A DNA stretch of 64,000 bases from Candidatus Micrarchaeota archaeon (GCA_964625085.1 CAZVAJ010000003.1:953-64952), one strand, 5' to 3'; positions 8,645 through 18,079 are shown, counted from the stretch's first letter. The notes: generated by a model not told the origin, from the letters alone. Made by a program: numbers and translations.

Positions 8645-10656
8645 CCAAAGTCCGGAAACGGGACGGTAAGATAGTAAAGTTTGATATAACCAGAATAGAG
8701 AAAGCAGTGGCAAAAGCATTCAGCGCAACAGGCACAAAAGGTAACGCAAGCAGGATAGCAAAAGAAGTGAAAAAACAGCTTGACAAAAGATTCAAGGACA
8801 AACCTCCTTCTGTTGAAGAAATCCAGGACCAAGTTGAGCGAATGCTTGTACAAAAAGGATTGTACGAAACAGCAAAAGCGTACATAATCTACAGGCATGA
8901 GCACGCTAAGAAAAGAGAGTCAAAGATTGCTTTAGGCGTAACAGACGACCTGAAGCTGTCATACAATGCAGTAAAACTTCTGCACGCCAGGTACCTGAAA
9001 AAGGATGATCTGGGAAGGGTTATCGAAACTCCTGATATGATGTTCAGAAGAGTTGCAGCAGACCTGTCTTTGGCAAGCAACAAAAAAAGCAGGAAACAGG
9101 ACAAGGAAGAATTTTATCACGGGATGCGATCGCTTGACTTTATCCCAAACTCTCCCACCCTAATGAACGCAGGCAGGAGACTTCAACAACTTGCAGCCTG
9201 CTTTGTAGTTCCGGTGGAGGATAGTCTTGAAGGTATTTTCAGCGCGCTCAAAGCAGGAGCGCTGATACACCAGTCTGGAGGGGGAACAGGGTACTCCTTC
9301 TCAAGACTCAGGCCAAAAGGGGATATTGTAGGCTCAACAAAGGGGGCTGCAAGCGGCCCAGTGTCCTTCATGAGAATATTTGACGTGGCCACTGATGTGA
9401 TAAAACAGGGTGGCATGAGAAGGGGCGCTAACATGGGCGTGCTAAAAGTAGACCACCCAGACGTCCTGGAATTCATAACAGCAAAAAAAGGAGGAAAGGC
9501 CCTGCAGAACTTCAACATTTCGGTCGCGGTCACGGACAAGTTCATGCAGGCTGTGGAAAGAAACAAAGAATACTATCTGATCAACCCGCGGGATAACTCA
9601 AAAGTCAGGAAACTTAACGCCCGCAAGGTGCTTGACCTCATCGGCTTACTCTCCTGGGAAACAGGAGACCCAGGCATACTTTTCCTTGACAGAATAAACA
9701 AGGACAATCCCACCCCAAAGCTGGGAAGAATAGAAGCGACCAACCCTTGTGGCGAAGTCCCGTTACTGTCATGGGAAGCATGCAACCTCGGGTCAGTGAA
9801 CCTGTCTAACATGATTACTGGAACAACAGGGAAAGGAAAAGTTGACTGGGATAAACTGCGTAGCACAGTACGCGTAGGGATCAAGCTTCTTGACAACGTG
9901 ATAAGCCGTTCAAAATTCCCCTTACCAGAAATAAGAAGAGCAGTAGAAGGAAACAGGAAAATAGGCCTGGGAGTAATGGGTTTTGCAGACGCGCTCGTAA
10001 AACTCGGCGTCAGGTACGACAGCAAGAAAGGCATTGAAACAGCTGAAAAAATAATCCGGTTCATTTCAAAAGAATCTGCGGAAATGTCAAGAGAGCTTGC
10101 AGAAGAGAGAGGCGTTTTCAAAAACTGGAAACAAAGTAAGTACTACCCGCATGAAAAAAGGCGGAACGCAACGGTCAATGCAATCGCACCAACAGGAAGC
10201 ATAAGCACGATCGCAGGATGCTCGTTCAGTATAGAACCATTCTACTCAATAGCATACAAAAGGCATGTTCTGGGTGGAGAAACGCTGGTGGAAGTAAACC
10301 AACTTTTCCTTGAAGTAGCTAGGCAAGAAGGCTTTTACTCTGAAGAACTGCTCAAGAAAATGTCTGTGTACGGAAGCGTGCAAGAAGTGCAAGAGATACC
10401 CAAAAAGTGGAGGGCTGTTTTCAGAACAGCCATGGACATCAGCCCAGAATGGCACGTGAAAATGCAGGCCGCGTGGCAGAAACATGTTGACAACGCGGTC
10501 TCAAAAACAATAAACCTCAGACCAGATGCCACTCCTGAAGAAGTGAGCAAGATAATCAAGCTAGCGCACAAGCTCGGGTGCAAAGGACTAACAGTTTACA
10601 GATACGGAGCAAAAGAGCACCAAGTTCTCACGGTCTGCAAAAAATGCACGGTCTAG
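8638..10656 (+). CDS. nrdJ: Ribonucleoside reductase, class II (adenosylcobalamin-dependent) with N-terminal ATP-cone
   Basis: 672 aa; ATP-cone VRKRDGKIVKFDITRIEKAV; active-site region NPCGE; class II RNR core similarity; C-terminal CKKC. Confidence 0.9.
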   Translation: MVTKVRKRDGKIVKFDITRIEKAVAKAFSATGTKGNASRIAKEVKKQLDKRFKDKPPSVEEIQDQVERMLVQKGLYETAKAYIIYRHEHAKKRESKIALGVTDDLKLSYNAVKLLHARYLKKDDLGRVIETPDMMFRRVAADLSLASNKKSRKQDKEEFYHGMRSLDFIPNSPTLMNAGRRLQQLAACFVVPVEDSLEGIFSALKAGALIHQSGGGTGYSFSRLRPKGDIVGSTKGAASGPVSFMRIFDVATDVIKQGGMRRGANMGVLKVDHPDVLEFITAKKGGKALQNFNISVAVTDKFMQAVERNKEYYLINPRDNSKVRKLNARKVLDLIGLLSWETGDPGILFLDRINKDNPTPKLGRIEATNPCGEVPLLSWEACNLGSVNLSNMITGTTGKGKVDWDKLRSTVRVGIKLLDNVISRSKFPLPEIRRAVEGNRKIGLGVMGFADALVKLGVRYDSKKGIETAEKIIRFISKESAEMSRELAEERGVFKNWKQSKYYPHEKRRNATVNAIAPTGSISTIAGCSFSIEPFYSIAYKRHVLGGETLVEVNQLFLEVARQEGFYSEELLKKMSVYGSVQEVQEIPKKWRAVFRTAMDISPEWHVKMQAAWQKHVDNAVSKTINLRPDATPEEVSKIIKLAHKLGCKGLTVYRYGAKEHQVLTVCKKCTV

Positions 10657-10731
10657 TCAGCCCCCTCACTTTGCCGGTTTCTAAAAGTTTAAAAACAAGA
10701 ACAAACTATACCATACTGGTGAAAGACATGG

Positions 10732-10950
10732 GTGGCCGTCTTTGTCAAAGGAACATCATCGCATGACCAGATACTGCTATTTCTAGCTGAACATGGACCC
10801 ATGACACCAACACAGATTATTGAAAGAACAGGGATTCCTGAAAGAACAGTCAGACACGCTCTCAGAAAACTGAAGGAAAAGGAAGCCCTAAAATACCATA
10901 AAAGCCTTGATGACCTTAGGTACACTGTGTACTCTCTTGCGGAGGGGTGA
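10732..10950 (+). CDS. Small winged-helix DNA-binding protein (MarR/TrmB-like), GTG start; 3' end overlaps tRNA-Cys by 10 nt
   Basis: LLFLAEHGPMTPTQIIERTGIPERTVRHALRKLKEKEAL is a clear HTH-wing pattern; stop TGA at 10948-10950 lies inside tRNA acceptor stem. Confidence 0.6.
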   Translation: MAVFVKGTSSHDQILLFLAEHGPMTPTQIIERTGIPERTVRHALRKLKEKEALKYHKSLDDLRYTVYSLAEG

Positions 10951-11012
10951 CAGAGTGGTTATGTGACCGCCTGCAAAGCGGTTTTACTCGGGTTCAAATC
11001 CCGACCCCTCCT
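10941..11012 (+). tRNA. tRNA-Cys (anticodon GCA), intronless; CCA encoded (to 11015)
   Basis: Acceptor GGAGGGG/CCCCTCC, discriminator U73, anticodon arm ACCGC-CTGCAAA-GCGGT (GCA), T arm TCGGG-TTCAAAT-CCCGA, 3-bp D stem with G13.A22. Confidence 0.85.
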
Positions 11013-11040
11013 CCACCTAACACAAAAGAAAGTGAGAACA

Positions 11041-12420
11041 ATGAAAGTATACAACACACTAAGCCGATCAAAAGAAGAGTTTACTCCTCTGCACACGGGC
11101 AGAGTAAACATGTTCGTGTGCGGACCCACGGTTTACGACTACAGCCACATAGGGCACGCCAGAACGTACTCGTATTATGATATACTAGCAAAGTACCTGA
11201 AGCACAAGGGACTCTCAGTATTTTACGTGATGAACATAACAGATGTCGACGACAAGATCATAAAACGGGCGCGGGAGCAGGGAATAAAACCTCTTGACTT
11301 AGCCAGGAAATACGAGAAAGAGTTCTTTAAGGACATGAATGCATTGAACATTAACACAGTCAACCTGTTCCCAAGAGCGTCAGAACACATTACAGAAATA
11401 ATTGAACAGATAGAAGGACTGATATCAAAAGGATTCGCGTACGTCACTCCTTCTGGAAACGTGTATTACGACATAAGCAAGTTCCCAGACTACGGGAAAC
11501 TGGGCAGAAAAAACCTTGAAGAACTTTCAGAACACAGAATAGAACCAGACCCTGAGAAAAAGAATCCCGCAGACTTTGCGTTGTGGAAAATAAAAGATGA
11601 AGAAATAGGTTGGGATTCTCCGTGGGGCAAAGGAAGGCCCGGATGGCATATCGAGGACACGGCCATCACGGTAACTTATCTTGGACCTCAGTACGACATT
11701 CACGGAGGGGCAATAGAACTCGCGTTTCCTCACCACGAAGCTGAAATAGCCCAGGCAGAAGCGTACACGGGAAAAAAGCCTTTGGTCAGGTACTGGGTGC
11801 ACACAGGGCTCCTGCTTGTTGAAGGTAGAAAAATGTCTAAGTCCTTGGGCAACTTTATAACAGTCCGCGAGGTTTTAGAAAACCACCGGGCTGAAGCTCT
11901 AAGACTTTATTTTGCCATGTCCCATTACAGGTCAGAGATGAACTACTCAGAAAAAGGCCTGGAACAAGCAGAAGAAACACTTTCCACAATATACGACTCC
12001 ATGATGCTGGCAGAGTCAACAGAGGGTAAAGGGAGCATAGAAGCAGAAGTCAAAAAAGCAGAACAAGACTTCAGATCAGCGATGGAAGATGATCTGAACA
12101 CGCCTAAAGCTGTTTCCGTGTTAGTGCAAGCCTTAAGAAACGCCAACAGGACAATAGAAAAGGAAGGGGGGCTTAACGCTAACAGCAAAAGAATGCTGTT
12201 GTCATTTGCAGGAACCGCAGGAGAAATATTGGGCATACTTCCAAGAAAGTTTAACAGCCAACATGTGATTGAAAGTCTGGTAGAATACTTGCTTAGTGAA
12301 AGACAAGCTGCAAGAAACAAAAAAGACTACGCCAGATCAGACGAGATACGCAACACTCTAATAAAAGCGGGAATAACCGTAAAAGACACTAAGTTTGGCA
12401 CACTATGGAGGATAAGGTGA
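11041..12420 (+). CDS. cysS: Cysteinyl-tRNA synthetase (class I)
   Basis: HIGH motif [15 protein letters not shown] motif KMSKSLGNF; start set at MKVYNTL (11041) because track ORF start at 10963 lies inside the tRNA-Cys gene. Confidence 0.92.
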   Translation: MKVYNTLSRSKEEFTPLHTGRVNMFVCGPTVYDYSHIGHARTYSYYDILAKYLKHKGLSVFYVMNITDVDDKIIKRAREQGIKPLDLARKYEKEFFKDMNALNINTVNLFPRASEHITEIIEQIEGLISKGFAYVTPSGNVYYDISKFPDYGKLGRKNLEELSEHRIEPDPEKKNPADFALWKIKDEEIGWDSPWGKGRPGWHIEDTAITVTYLGPQYDIHGGAIELAFPHHEAEIAQAEAYTGKKPLVRYWVHTGLLLVEGRKMSKSLGNFITVREVLENHRAEALRLYFAMSHYRSEMNYSEKGLEQAEETLSTIYDSMMLAESTEGKGSIEAEVKKAEQDFRSAMEDDLNTPKAVSVLVQALRNANRTIEKEGGLNANSKRMLLSFAGTAGEILGILPRKFNSQHVIESLVEYLLSERQAARNKKDYARSDEIRNTLIKAGITVKDTKFGTLWRIR

Positions 12421-12653
12421 AAAAAATGATGGAACGAATGCGTGGAGTGATAGTCAAAGTGGACTTGACACCACACCCGATGGAAGAGAACCACTACATA
12501 GAATGGACAGAACTAATAGAAGAAGACGGGAAAGTCCACAGAAAGTTCCTAAGGCCAGGTGACAAACCTGAAGCAAGGTTCCCTGTCCAATACTCCGAGT
12601 CACTAAAAGCAAGAGAGTACTGTAACGTGCACGGGCTTTGGAAAAAAGAGTGA
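12405..12653 (+). CDS. Superoxide reductase (neelaredoxin/desulfoferrodoxin centre II)-like protein, N-terminally truncated (82 aa)
   Basis: C-terminal [11 protein letters not shown] matches SOR Cys/His ligand motif (YCNIHGLWENE in P. furiosus); TPHP...ENHYIEW matches the two central His ligands; no EKHVP motif; in-frame stop 15 nt upstream excludes longer N-terminus. Confidence 0.6.
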   Translation: MEDKVKKMMERMRGVIVKVDLTPHPMEENHYIEWTELIEEDGKVHRKFLRPGDKPEARFPVQYSESLKAREYCNVHGLWKKE

Positions 12654-12726
12654 AAGAGACTAGCACTGGAAAAGCCTGCACGAAACCCTTTTAAAAGACA
12701 GTCTTCAAAATTAATCTTGTCTCATC

Positions 12727-12827
12727 TGCGGGGATGGCAGAGCGGCTATGCAACCGGCTGCAGTTACTCTTGCTTCCAACGAGAGGAACAGGGACCGGTA
12801 GACGGGAGTTCAAATCTCCCTCCCCGC
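12727..12827 (+). tRNA. tRNA-Cys (anticodon GCA) with ~30-nt intron at canonical 37/38 position
   Basis: 101 nt; acceptor GCGGGGA/TCCCCGC, U73, D stem GCA/TGC with G13.A22, anticodon stem ACCGG...CCGGT with loop CTGCAG-[intron 12771-12800 containing hairpin CTCTTG-cttccaa-CGAGAG]-A, T arm GGGAG-TTCAAAT-CTCCC; no CCA encoded. Confidence 0.7.
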
Positions 12828-12833
12828 TCTGAA

Positions 12834-13757
12834 TCACCCAAAGCCGGTTTTTATGAGCCCATCTGCTCTCTCAATATACCCCTTAAGGTCTTCTCTTGTT
12901 AAAGCACTCCACGTTTTCCATTTAGTAGGCCCGTTTTTCTCGTACGCTGAGATCACAGCAGGCTTTTTTCCCTTTTCCTCAGCAGCAGTCCTAACAAGGA
13001 ACCCCTTTCTCTCTGCAAGCTCATAAACCAGCTTATACAAATCACGGTACCTGTAATCCCTAAGCAGATGATGATCAAGAAAAACATTACGCACATTCTT
13101 AACTATTCTTTCAGTGTTCAGAACAGCTCTTGCAAGGTTATAGTATGATACAAGATACCCTAACAAGTACGTGGGAAACCCGTCAAGAAACAGCACATCA
13201 GGCTTCTGCTTTATCAGGTAATCTGCCTGTTCTTCTGAAACCGGGCCGTCAAGATCACTGGAGTGAACCAGAGTCTTGCCCTCTGCCTTTATGGTGGTTA
13301 TTAAAACCCAGCCAAGCTTGGTGCCCGGAGTCCCATGCCAAGCTGGCTGAGAAAACCTTAGCTTGACCCCATTAAAATCAAACTCGTTCCCGTCAGCAAT
13401 CCTAACATCAGCATTCAGATCGTCAAGAAGAAATCTTGCCCTGGACTTCTGAGAATGATTAATCTTATTTTCAGGATCTTTCACGAGAAGAGTTTTACCC
13501 TTGTAAAGCCCAGGTTCTGGGATATGGTGATCATAATGATAGTGAGAGATGACTATCACATCACTTTGCTTTATTGCTCTTCTTAAAACAGCAGAGTATC
13601 TTGCTTCTGCTGCAAGCCGTTTAGTCAAACTCCAGGGAAACGAGCCCGCCTCAAACGCCACGCCAGGATCTATAAGAATCTTCATGCCCTGTGCTTCAAC
13701 CTGCACACAGCTTGACTTCACCCCAAAGGAATCAAACGCTAACAAGCTGAATTCCAT
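12834..13757 (-). CDS. Metallo-beta-lactamase fold hydrolase
   Basis: HxHxDH motif ISHYHYDHH; 307 aa. Confidence 0.8.
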   Translation of the reverse strand: MEFSLLAFDSFGVKSSCVQVEAQGMKILIDPGVAFEAGSFPWSLTKRLAAEARYSAVLRRAIKQSDVIVISHYHYDHHIPEPGLYKGKTLLVKDPENKINHSQKSRARFLLDDLNADVRIADGNEFDFNGVKLRFSQPAWHGTPGTKLGWVLITTIKAEGKTLVHSSDLDGPVSEEQADYLIKQKPDVLFLDGFPTYLLGYLVSYYNLARAVLNTERIVKNVRNVFLDHHLLRDYRYRDLYKLVYELAERKGFLVRTAAEEKGKKPAVISAYEKNGPTKWKTWSALTREDLKGYIERADGLIKTGFG

Positions 13758-13833
13758 GCCTCTAAGAACAGACGCTGTTATTTATTCATTACCAATGAAA
13801 AACTTTTAATTATACGGACACGAAAAAAACAGG

Positions 13834-15000
13834 GTGAGAAAAATCAATCTAGACAAGTTCAAGAGGATAGAAAGAGAAACAAAAGAAATCAACATTGATC
13901 CTTTACAGACAGGAGGCAAGATCCCTGAATTCACCAAGCCCAGCTTGATCACTTGGCTTGACGGTTACTCTATCTGTGATTTCTGCCCCGGAAGCTTATT
14001 CGATCTGAAAACACCCCCTGTAAAACTTTTTGTTGAGGAGATACTACCCGAATTCCTCGGGTGCGATCAAACTAGAATAACCCACGGAGCAAGAGAAGGA
14101 AAATATGCCATCATGCACGCCGTGACCAAACCTGGAGACTGGATCGTCGTTGATGCTAACGCTCACTACTCAAGCATCGTGGCAGCAGAGAGAGCCAAGC
14201 TCAACATAAAGAAAACAGAAAAGCCTGCAGAACCAGAATACAAGATAAATCCAGAAGACTACAAAAAAGCGCTTGAGGAGATTGAAGACGGCACAGGCAA
14301 TCCAGCTGCCCTCGCACTACTAACCTACCCTGACGGAAGCTACGGAAACCTTCCTGACGCTAAAAAAATCTCCGAAATATGCAAGAGCAAAGGAGTCCCT
14401 TTGATCCTAAACGGAGCATACTCAGTTGGCAGAATGCCGCTGAACATGAAAGAGTTAGGAGCTGACTTTATTGTTGGATCAGGACACAAGAGCATGGCTG
14501 CAAGCGGACCAGTGGGAGTGCTTGGTACAACAGAGGAGTATGCTGAAAAACTCTTCCGAAGATCAGAGTACTACCCTGCAAAGGAGGTTGAAATGCTCGG
14601 GTGTACTGTAAGAGGAATGCCTGCAGTGTCACTAATGTTATCCTTCCCGTTCGTGCAGGAAAGAGTAAAACACTGGGAAAAAGAGGTGGAAAACGCAAGA
14701 TGGTTCTCTGAACAAATGGAAAAGCAGGAAATTGCAGTACAGTACGGAGAAAAGCCGCACAATCATGACCTCATGTTTTTCATGTCAGAAAAACTATACC
14801 AGATTTCCAAAAAACACAAGAAAAGAGGGTTCTTCCTATACCAAGGGCTTAAGAAAAGAGGAATATCAGGAATAAAACCAGGGCTAACAAAACAGTTCAA
14901 GCTGAGCACATACGGCCTTGAAAAAGAAGACCTGGAAAAGGTTATAAACGCGCTCCTGGAAATAATTGAAGAAAACAACCACTTTCTCAACGACCAATAA
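13834..15000 (+). CDS. pscS: O-phosphoseryl-tRNA(Cys):Cys-tRNA synthase (SepCysS), PLP-dependent
   Basis: N-terminal INIDPLQTGG...DGYSICDFC and ITHGAREGKYAIMHAVTKPGDWIVVDANAHYSSIVAAERA match SepCysS family; PLP-lysine motif GSGHKSMAASGP. Confidence 0.85.
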   Translation: MRKINLDKFKRIERETKEINIDPLQTGGKIPEFTKPSLITWLDGYSICDFCPGSLFDLKTPPVKLFVEEILPEFLGCDQTRITHGAREGKYAIMHAVTKPGDWIVVDANAHYSSIVAAERAKLNIKKTEKPAEPEYKINPEDYKKALEEIEDGTGNPAALALLTYPDGSYGNLPDAKKISEICKSKGVPLILNGAYSVGRMPLNMKELGADFIVGSGHKSMAASGPVGVLGTTEEYAEKLFRRSEYYPAKEVEMLGCTVRGMPAVSLMLSFPFVQERVKHWEKEVENARWFSEQMEKQEIAVQYGEKPHNHDLMFFMSEKLYQISKKHKKRGFFLYQGLKKRGISGIKPGLTKQFKLSTYGLEKEDLEKVINALLEIIEENNHFLNDQ

Positions 15001-15007
15001 AAGTAAC

Positions 15008-15079
15008 GGGCTCGTAGATCAGTGGAAGATCGCTTGCTTCGCAAGCAAGAGGTCGGGGGTTCAAATCCCCCCGAGTCCA
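15008..15079 (+). tRNA. tRNA-Ala (anticodon CGC)
   Basis: Acceptor GGGCTCG/CGAGTCC with the Ala identity G3.U70 wobble, A73; D arm GATC-AGTGGAA-GATC; anticodon arm CTTGC-TTCGCAA-GCAAG; T arm GGGGG-TTCAAAT-CCCCC. Confidence 0.9.
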
Positions 15080-15213
15080 CTAATAAGGGCGCCTTCCCCG
15101 CCCTTATGCGAAAAAGCCTAAAAGGGCTTGCTGCAAATTATCAACTCTTCCGAACCACAACCAAAACGTTTGTTGAAACATTCAAAAAGATCCTTAAACT
15201 GGTGTGAGGACGT

Positions 15214-16248
15214 TTACCTGCCAAGACGCCGCTTTATTCTTTTCCTCATCTCTTCTCCTTTAGCGTGAAGTTTGTTGAACTGCTTAACACTCACAGGAAT
15301 GTCCTTACCAATCTTCATGCCTTTAACCATCCTTTGAACAGCCTGCCTGTCAGTACCAATATACTCCGCAATCTCGTCAGCAGTAGGAATCCTGCCAAGA
15401 TCCCCTGCAAGTTGTCGGATAGCCCGACCCATAGCATCCTGAATGACTGGATTTGTCTCACGAGAGCGGATGTGAGCTCCTCTCATCCTTCTAAAGAACT
15501 CCTGAGGATCCTTGTTAACATCATGATATACTGCCTCTTCTCTTGAATAGAACTTAAGAGATTCCAAAGTCTGTTTTATCACTTCACTCTTTTGCATGGT
15601 AGAAGAACCAAGACGCACGCGCAACCTTTTTTTAGTTTCTTTTTCCAACTCTTCTTTCGTGGGCGGCCTGCCAAGTTGTTCAACAAGTGCGGAGTACGTT
15701 GCTTTTATGTCCTCTGACAGCTTTTTGTGGTACTCCTCCCTACTGTCATATTCAAGTGGTGCAGAGAGTCCCAGCCTCTGCATGTTCAACGATGCTCGTC
15801 GGGGGGAAACCCTGCTTCCTAATGCAGCTGAAAGTTCTTTACTGCTTGGAGGTCTGCCGAGCTCCTGCGTCAGCTGCTCATGAGCTTTACGCAATTCATC
15901 ATCACTGACAGCAGTCCTCTGACCTACTATCCTTACGCCTTCTGCTTTCTTCCATTTCTTTTTCTTCAGCTCAGCAGGGAGTTCCTCTTCCACAAGAACA
16001 ACATACTCTGGCGGAGGCAGCACCCTCTTGTGAAATTCTTTGAGGTAATCCTGAAGCACTGGATCATCGACCTTGTGAATCACGTCCAAAATAAGCTGAT
16101 CCAAAGGAACATGATACTCACGGGAAATGCGCCGCAATTTCCTTTCAACCTTCCTGCGATTATACTCTCCTCTACGCCAGTCTTCTGAAAGTTCTTCCAA
16201 AATAGCAGACAGAGCATCAGATACTGTCATAATTGGCCCTCTTACCAA
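15214..16248 (-). CDS. Protein with three sigma-70 region-3-like helix-turn-helix repeats (ELGRPPT-xEEL motif x3)
   Basis: QELGRPPSSKELSAALG, EQLGRPPTKEELEKE, GDLGRIPTADEIAEYIGTDRQAVQRMVKGMK resemble RpoD region 3.0 (ELGREPTPEELA). Confidence 0.5.
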   Translation of the reverse strand: MVRGPIMTVSDALSAILEELSEDWRRGEYNRRKVERKLRRISREYHVPLDQLILDVIHKVDDPVLQDYLKEFHKRVLPPPEYVVLVEEELPAELKKKKWKKAEGVRIVGQRTAVSDDELRKAHEQLTQELGRPPSSKELSAALGSRVSPRRASLNMQRLGLSAPLEYDSREEYHKKLSEDIKATYSALVEQLGRPPTKEELEKETKKRLRVRLGSSTMQKSEVIKQTLESLKFYSREEAVYHDVNKDPQEFFRRMRGAHIRSRETNPVIQDAMGRAIRQLAGDLGRIPTADEIAEYIGTDRQAVQRMVKGMKIGKDIPVSVKQFNKLHAKGEEMRKRIKRRLGR

Positions 16249-16318
16249 TATTAACGCAAGAGGGAGTATAAAAAATCACAGGATAACTCTTTTTAATAAC
16301 CCTTTCCTTTCCTTGAAC

Positions 16319-17536
16319 ATGATAAGCCTAAAAGGACTTCCAGGACCTAAAGCAAAGATATTCGCTAAAACCATGGGATTATTAAACGGAGGACATTCAC
16401 AACCTTACCCTGCGGTACTCTCAGGCGAAGGGGAAGGATGCTATGTCAAGGACATTGACGGAAACATGTTTCTTGACATGACCTCCCTCCTGTGCACGGC
16501 ACCTCTTGGATTCAATCACCCCAGGCTCCTGAAAATCGTGAGAAAGTATTCTAGTAGGGCACCCTTGAAAATTGCCGGGCAAGATTTTTACGTGCAGGAA
16601 CACCTTACCCTTTTAGAAGAGCTTGGTAGCATAACTCCAAAAGAGATTAATGCAGGGTTTATATGCAACTCTGGAGCAGAAGCTGTTGAGAACGCGCTGA
16701 AAATCGCGTTCTATAATAAACGGGGAAACAGCGGCATATCCTTGCACAATGCGTTCCACGGAAGAACTCTTGGAGCACTTTCCTTAACAAACTCAAAAAG
16801 TGTTCATAAGAACCGTTTCCCAAGTTTTGCGTTCCACAGGCTCCCGTTCAACCAAGAAAGTGTAGTGGAATTTGACAGAATACTTTCGCAAGAAGGAGAA
16901 GAAAACATTTCTTTCCTGATAGTAGAACCAGTGCAAGGAGAAGGAGGATACATTCCTGCAGGAACCTGGCTAAAACAGCTTGTTGACCTTGCTAAAGCAA
17001 GCGGTGTCAGGGTAATATCTGATGAAATTCAAGCAGGACTTGGAAGAACAGGCGAATGGTGGAGTATTCAGAACTATGACGCCCAGCCTGACATAATAAC
17101 AAGTGCTAAAGCCCTGCAGGTCGGGGCCACAATGGCAAACAGAAAACTATTCCCACCCTCTGGAGCAATGTCCAGCACATTCGGAGGAGGAGACATACTC
17201 GCAATGGCTGTAGGCACTGAAACGATCCGGGTTATAAAGGACGAAAAACTGCTTGATAATGTCAAAAAAATGGGGCGGGTTATCCTTGAAAGGCTCCAGG
17301 AGTACGAGGACAATATTTCAAGAATTGAAGGCATTGGTCTTATGATCGGCCTGCAACTGCACTCAGAAAAATCAAGGGACAAGCTTGTAAGAGAACTTTT
17401 CAAGAGAAAGGTGTTTGTTCTTCCAGCAGGGAAAAGAAGGGTCAGGCTAGCGCCAGCGTATATTATTGGGGAAACTGAGATTGACAAGTTTTTTGAAGCT
17501 TTTGACCCTGCTTTGAAAACAACAACAAAGCACTGA
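16319..17536 (+). CDS. Class III PLP-dependent aminotransferase (acetylornithine/GABA aminotransferase family)
   Basis: DEIQAGLGRTGEWW, PLP-Lys region IITSAKAL, GEGG motif; start set to ATG 16319 (MISLKGL) to avoid overlap with upstream gene. Confidence 0.8.
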   Translation: MISLKGLPGPKAKIFAKTMGLLNGGHSQPYPAVLSGEGEGCYVKDIDGNMFLDMTSLLCTAPLGFNHPRLLKIVRKYSSRAPLKIAGQDFYVQEHLTLLEELGSITPKEINAGFICNSGAEAVENALKIAFYNKRGNSGISLHNAFHGRTLGALSLTNSKSVHKNRFPSFAFHRLPFNQESVVEFDRILSQEGEENISFLIVEPVQGEGGYIPAGTWLKQLVDLAKASGVRVISDEIQAGLGRTGEWWSIQNYDAQPDIITSAKALQVGATMANRKLFPPSGAMSSTFGGGDILAMAVGTETIRVIKDEKLLDNVKKMGRVILERLQEYEDNISRIEGIGLMIGLQLHSEKSRDKLVRELFKRKVFVLPAGKRRVRLAPAYIIGETEIDKFFEAFDPALKTTTKH

Positions 17537-17563
17537 AAAAAATACCTTGAAAAGAAAAAAGGC

Positions 17564-18079
17564 TCATCTTCTGAATCTGAATAATTTCTTCAGTCTTTCT
17601 GAAAGGGTGAGCGGCGGTTTTATGAATATCTTTTTCTCAGGAGTGCCTGGCTCTCTTTCCATCACTGGGAGTTTCTGATGAGAAAAGACTCTTCCTGTTT
17701 TTTTGTACCCCATTTTCTCATGAAACACTTCTTTTCCAGGCTCTGAAGCCAACCACATCCTCTTGTCTCCAAATTCCAACTGGGAGAATGTACTCAATGC
17801 AGAAGCAAGTCCCCTTCCTTTGTACTTCTTGTCTATCTCAACGTGAGCCATTCTCTCTCCCTTGTCAGAATGATGCACGTTAAGGTAACCGATTCTTTTT
17901 CCCTCACCTGCTTCAGGATTGTAAACGGTTATCGTGTACGTTACTCCTCCAGCAGGCCATACGTCTGTTTCAGTGCGCCAGAACACGAATACTTCTTTTG
18001 ACTTTGGCTCTCCGTAAACGAGAAGAGGTTTCCCGTACTCTTTTTCTTCCTTCTTTGTCCAAAATTTCTTGGACTTCAT
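17564..18079 (-). CDS. GNAT-fold (acetyltransferase-like) protein, translationally coupled (ATGA overlap) downstream of SepRS
   Basis: Motif A-like HVEIDKKYKGRGLASAL; 171 aa; start overlaps sepS stop by 4 nt. Confidence 0.45.
   Translation of the reverse strand: MKSKKFWTKKEEKEYGKPLLVYGEPKSKEVFVFWRTETDVWPAGGVTYTITVYNPEAGEGKRIGYLNVHHSDKGERMAHVEIDKKYKGRGLASALSTFSQLEFGDKRMWLASEPGKEVFHEKMGYKKTGRVFSHQKLPVMEREPGTPEKKIFIKPPLTLSERLKKLFRFRR

Noticed and set aside
10947-11180. ORFs 10947-11180 and the 10963 N-terminal extension of cysS
   Set aside because: They lie over tRNA-Cys. The tRNA structure is canonical, and the CysRS homology begins at MKVYNTL (11041).
12717-12902. ORF MSHLRGWQSGYATG...
   Set aside because: It is a translation of the intron-containing tRNA-Cys sequence. 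No coding signal.
15022-15207. ORF MEDRLLRKQEVGGSNPP...
   Set aside because: It reads through tRNA-Ala. The GGSNPP pattern is the T-arm translated.
16127-16318. 5' extension of aminotransferase ORF
   Set aside because: It overlaps the convergent upstream gene in an alternate frame. Aminotransferase homology begins after ATG 16319.
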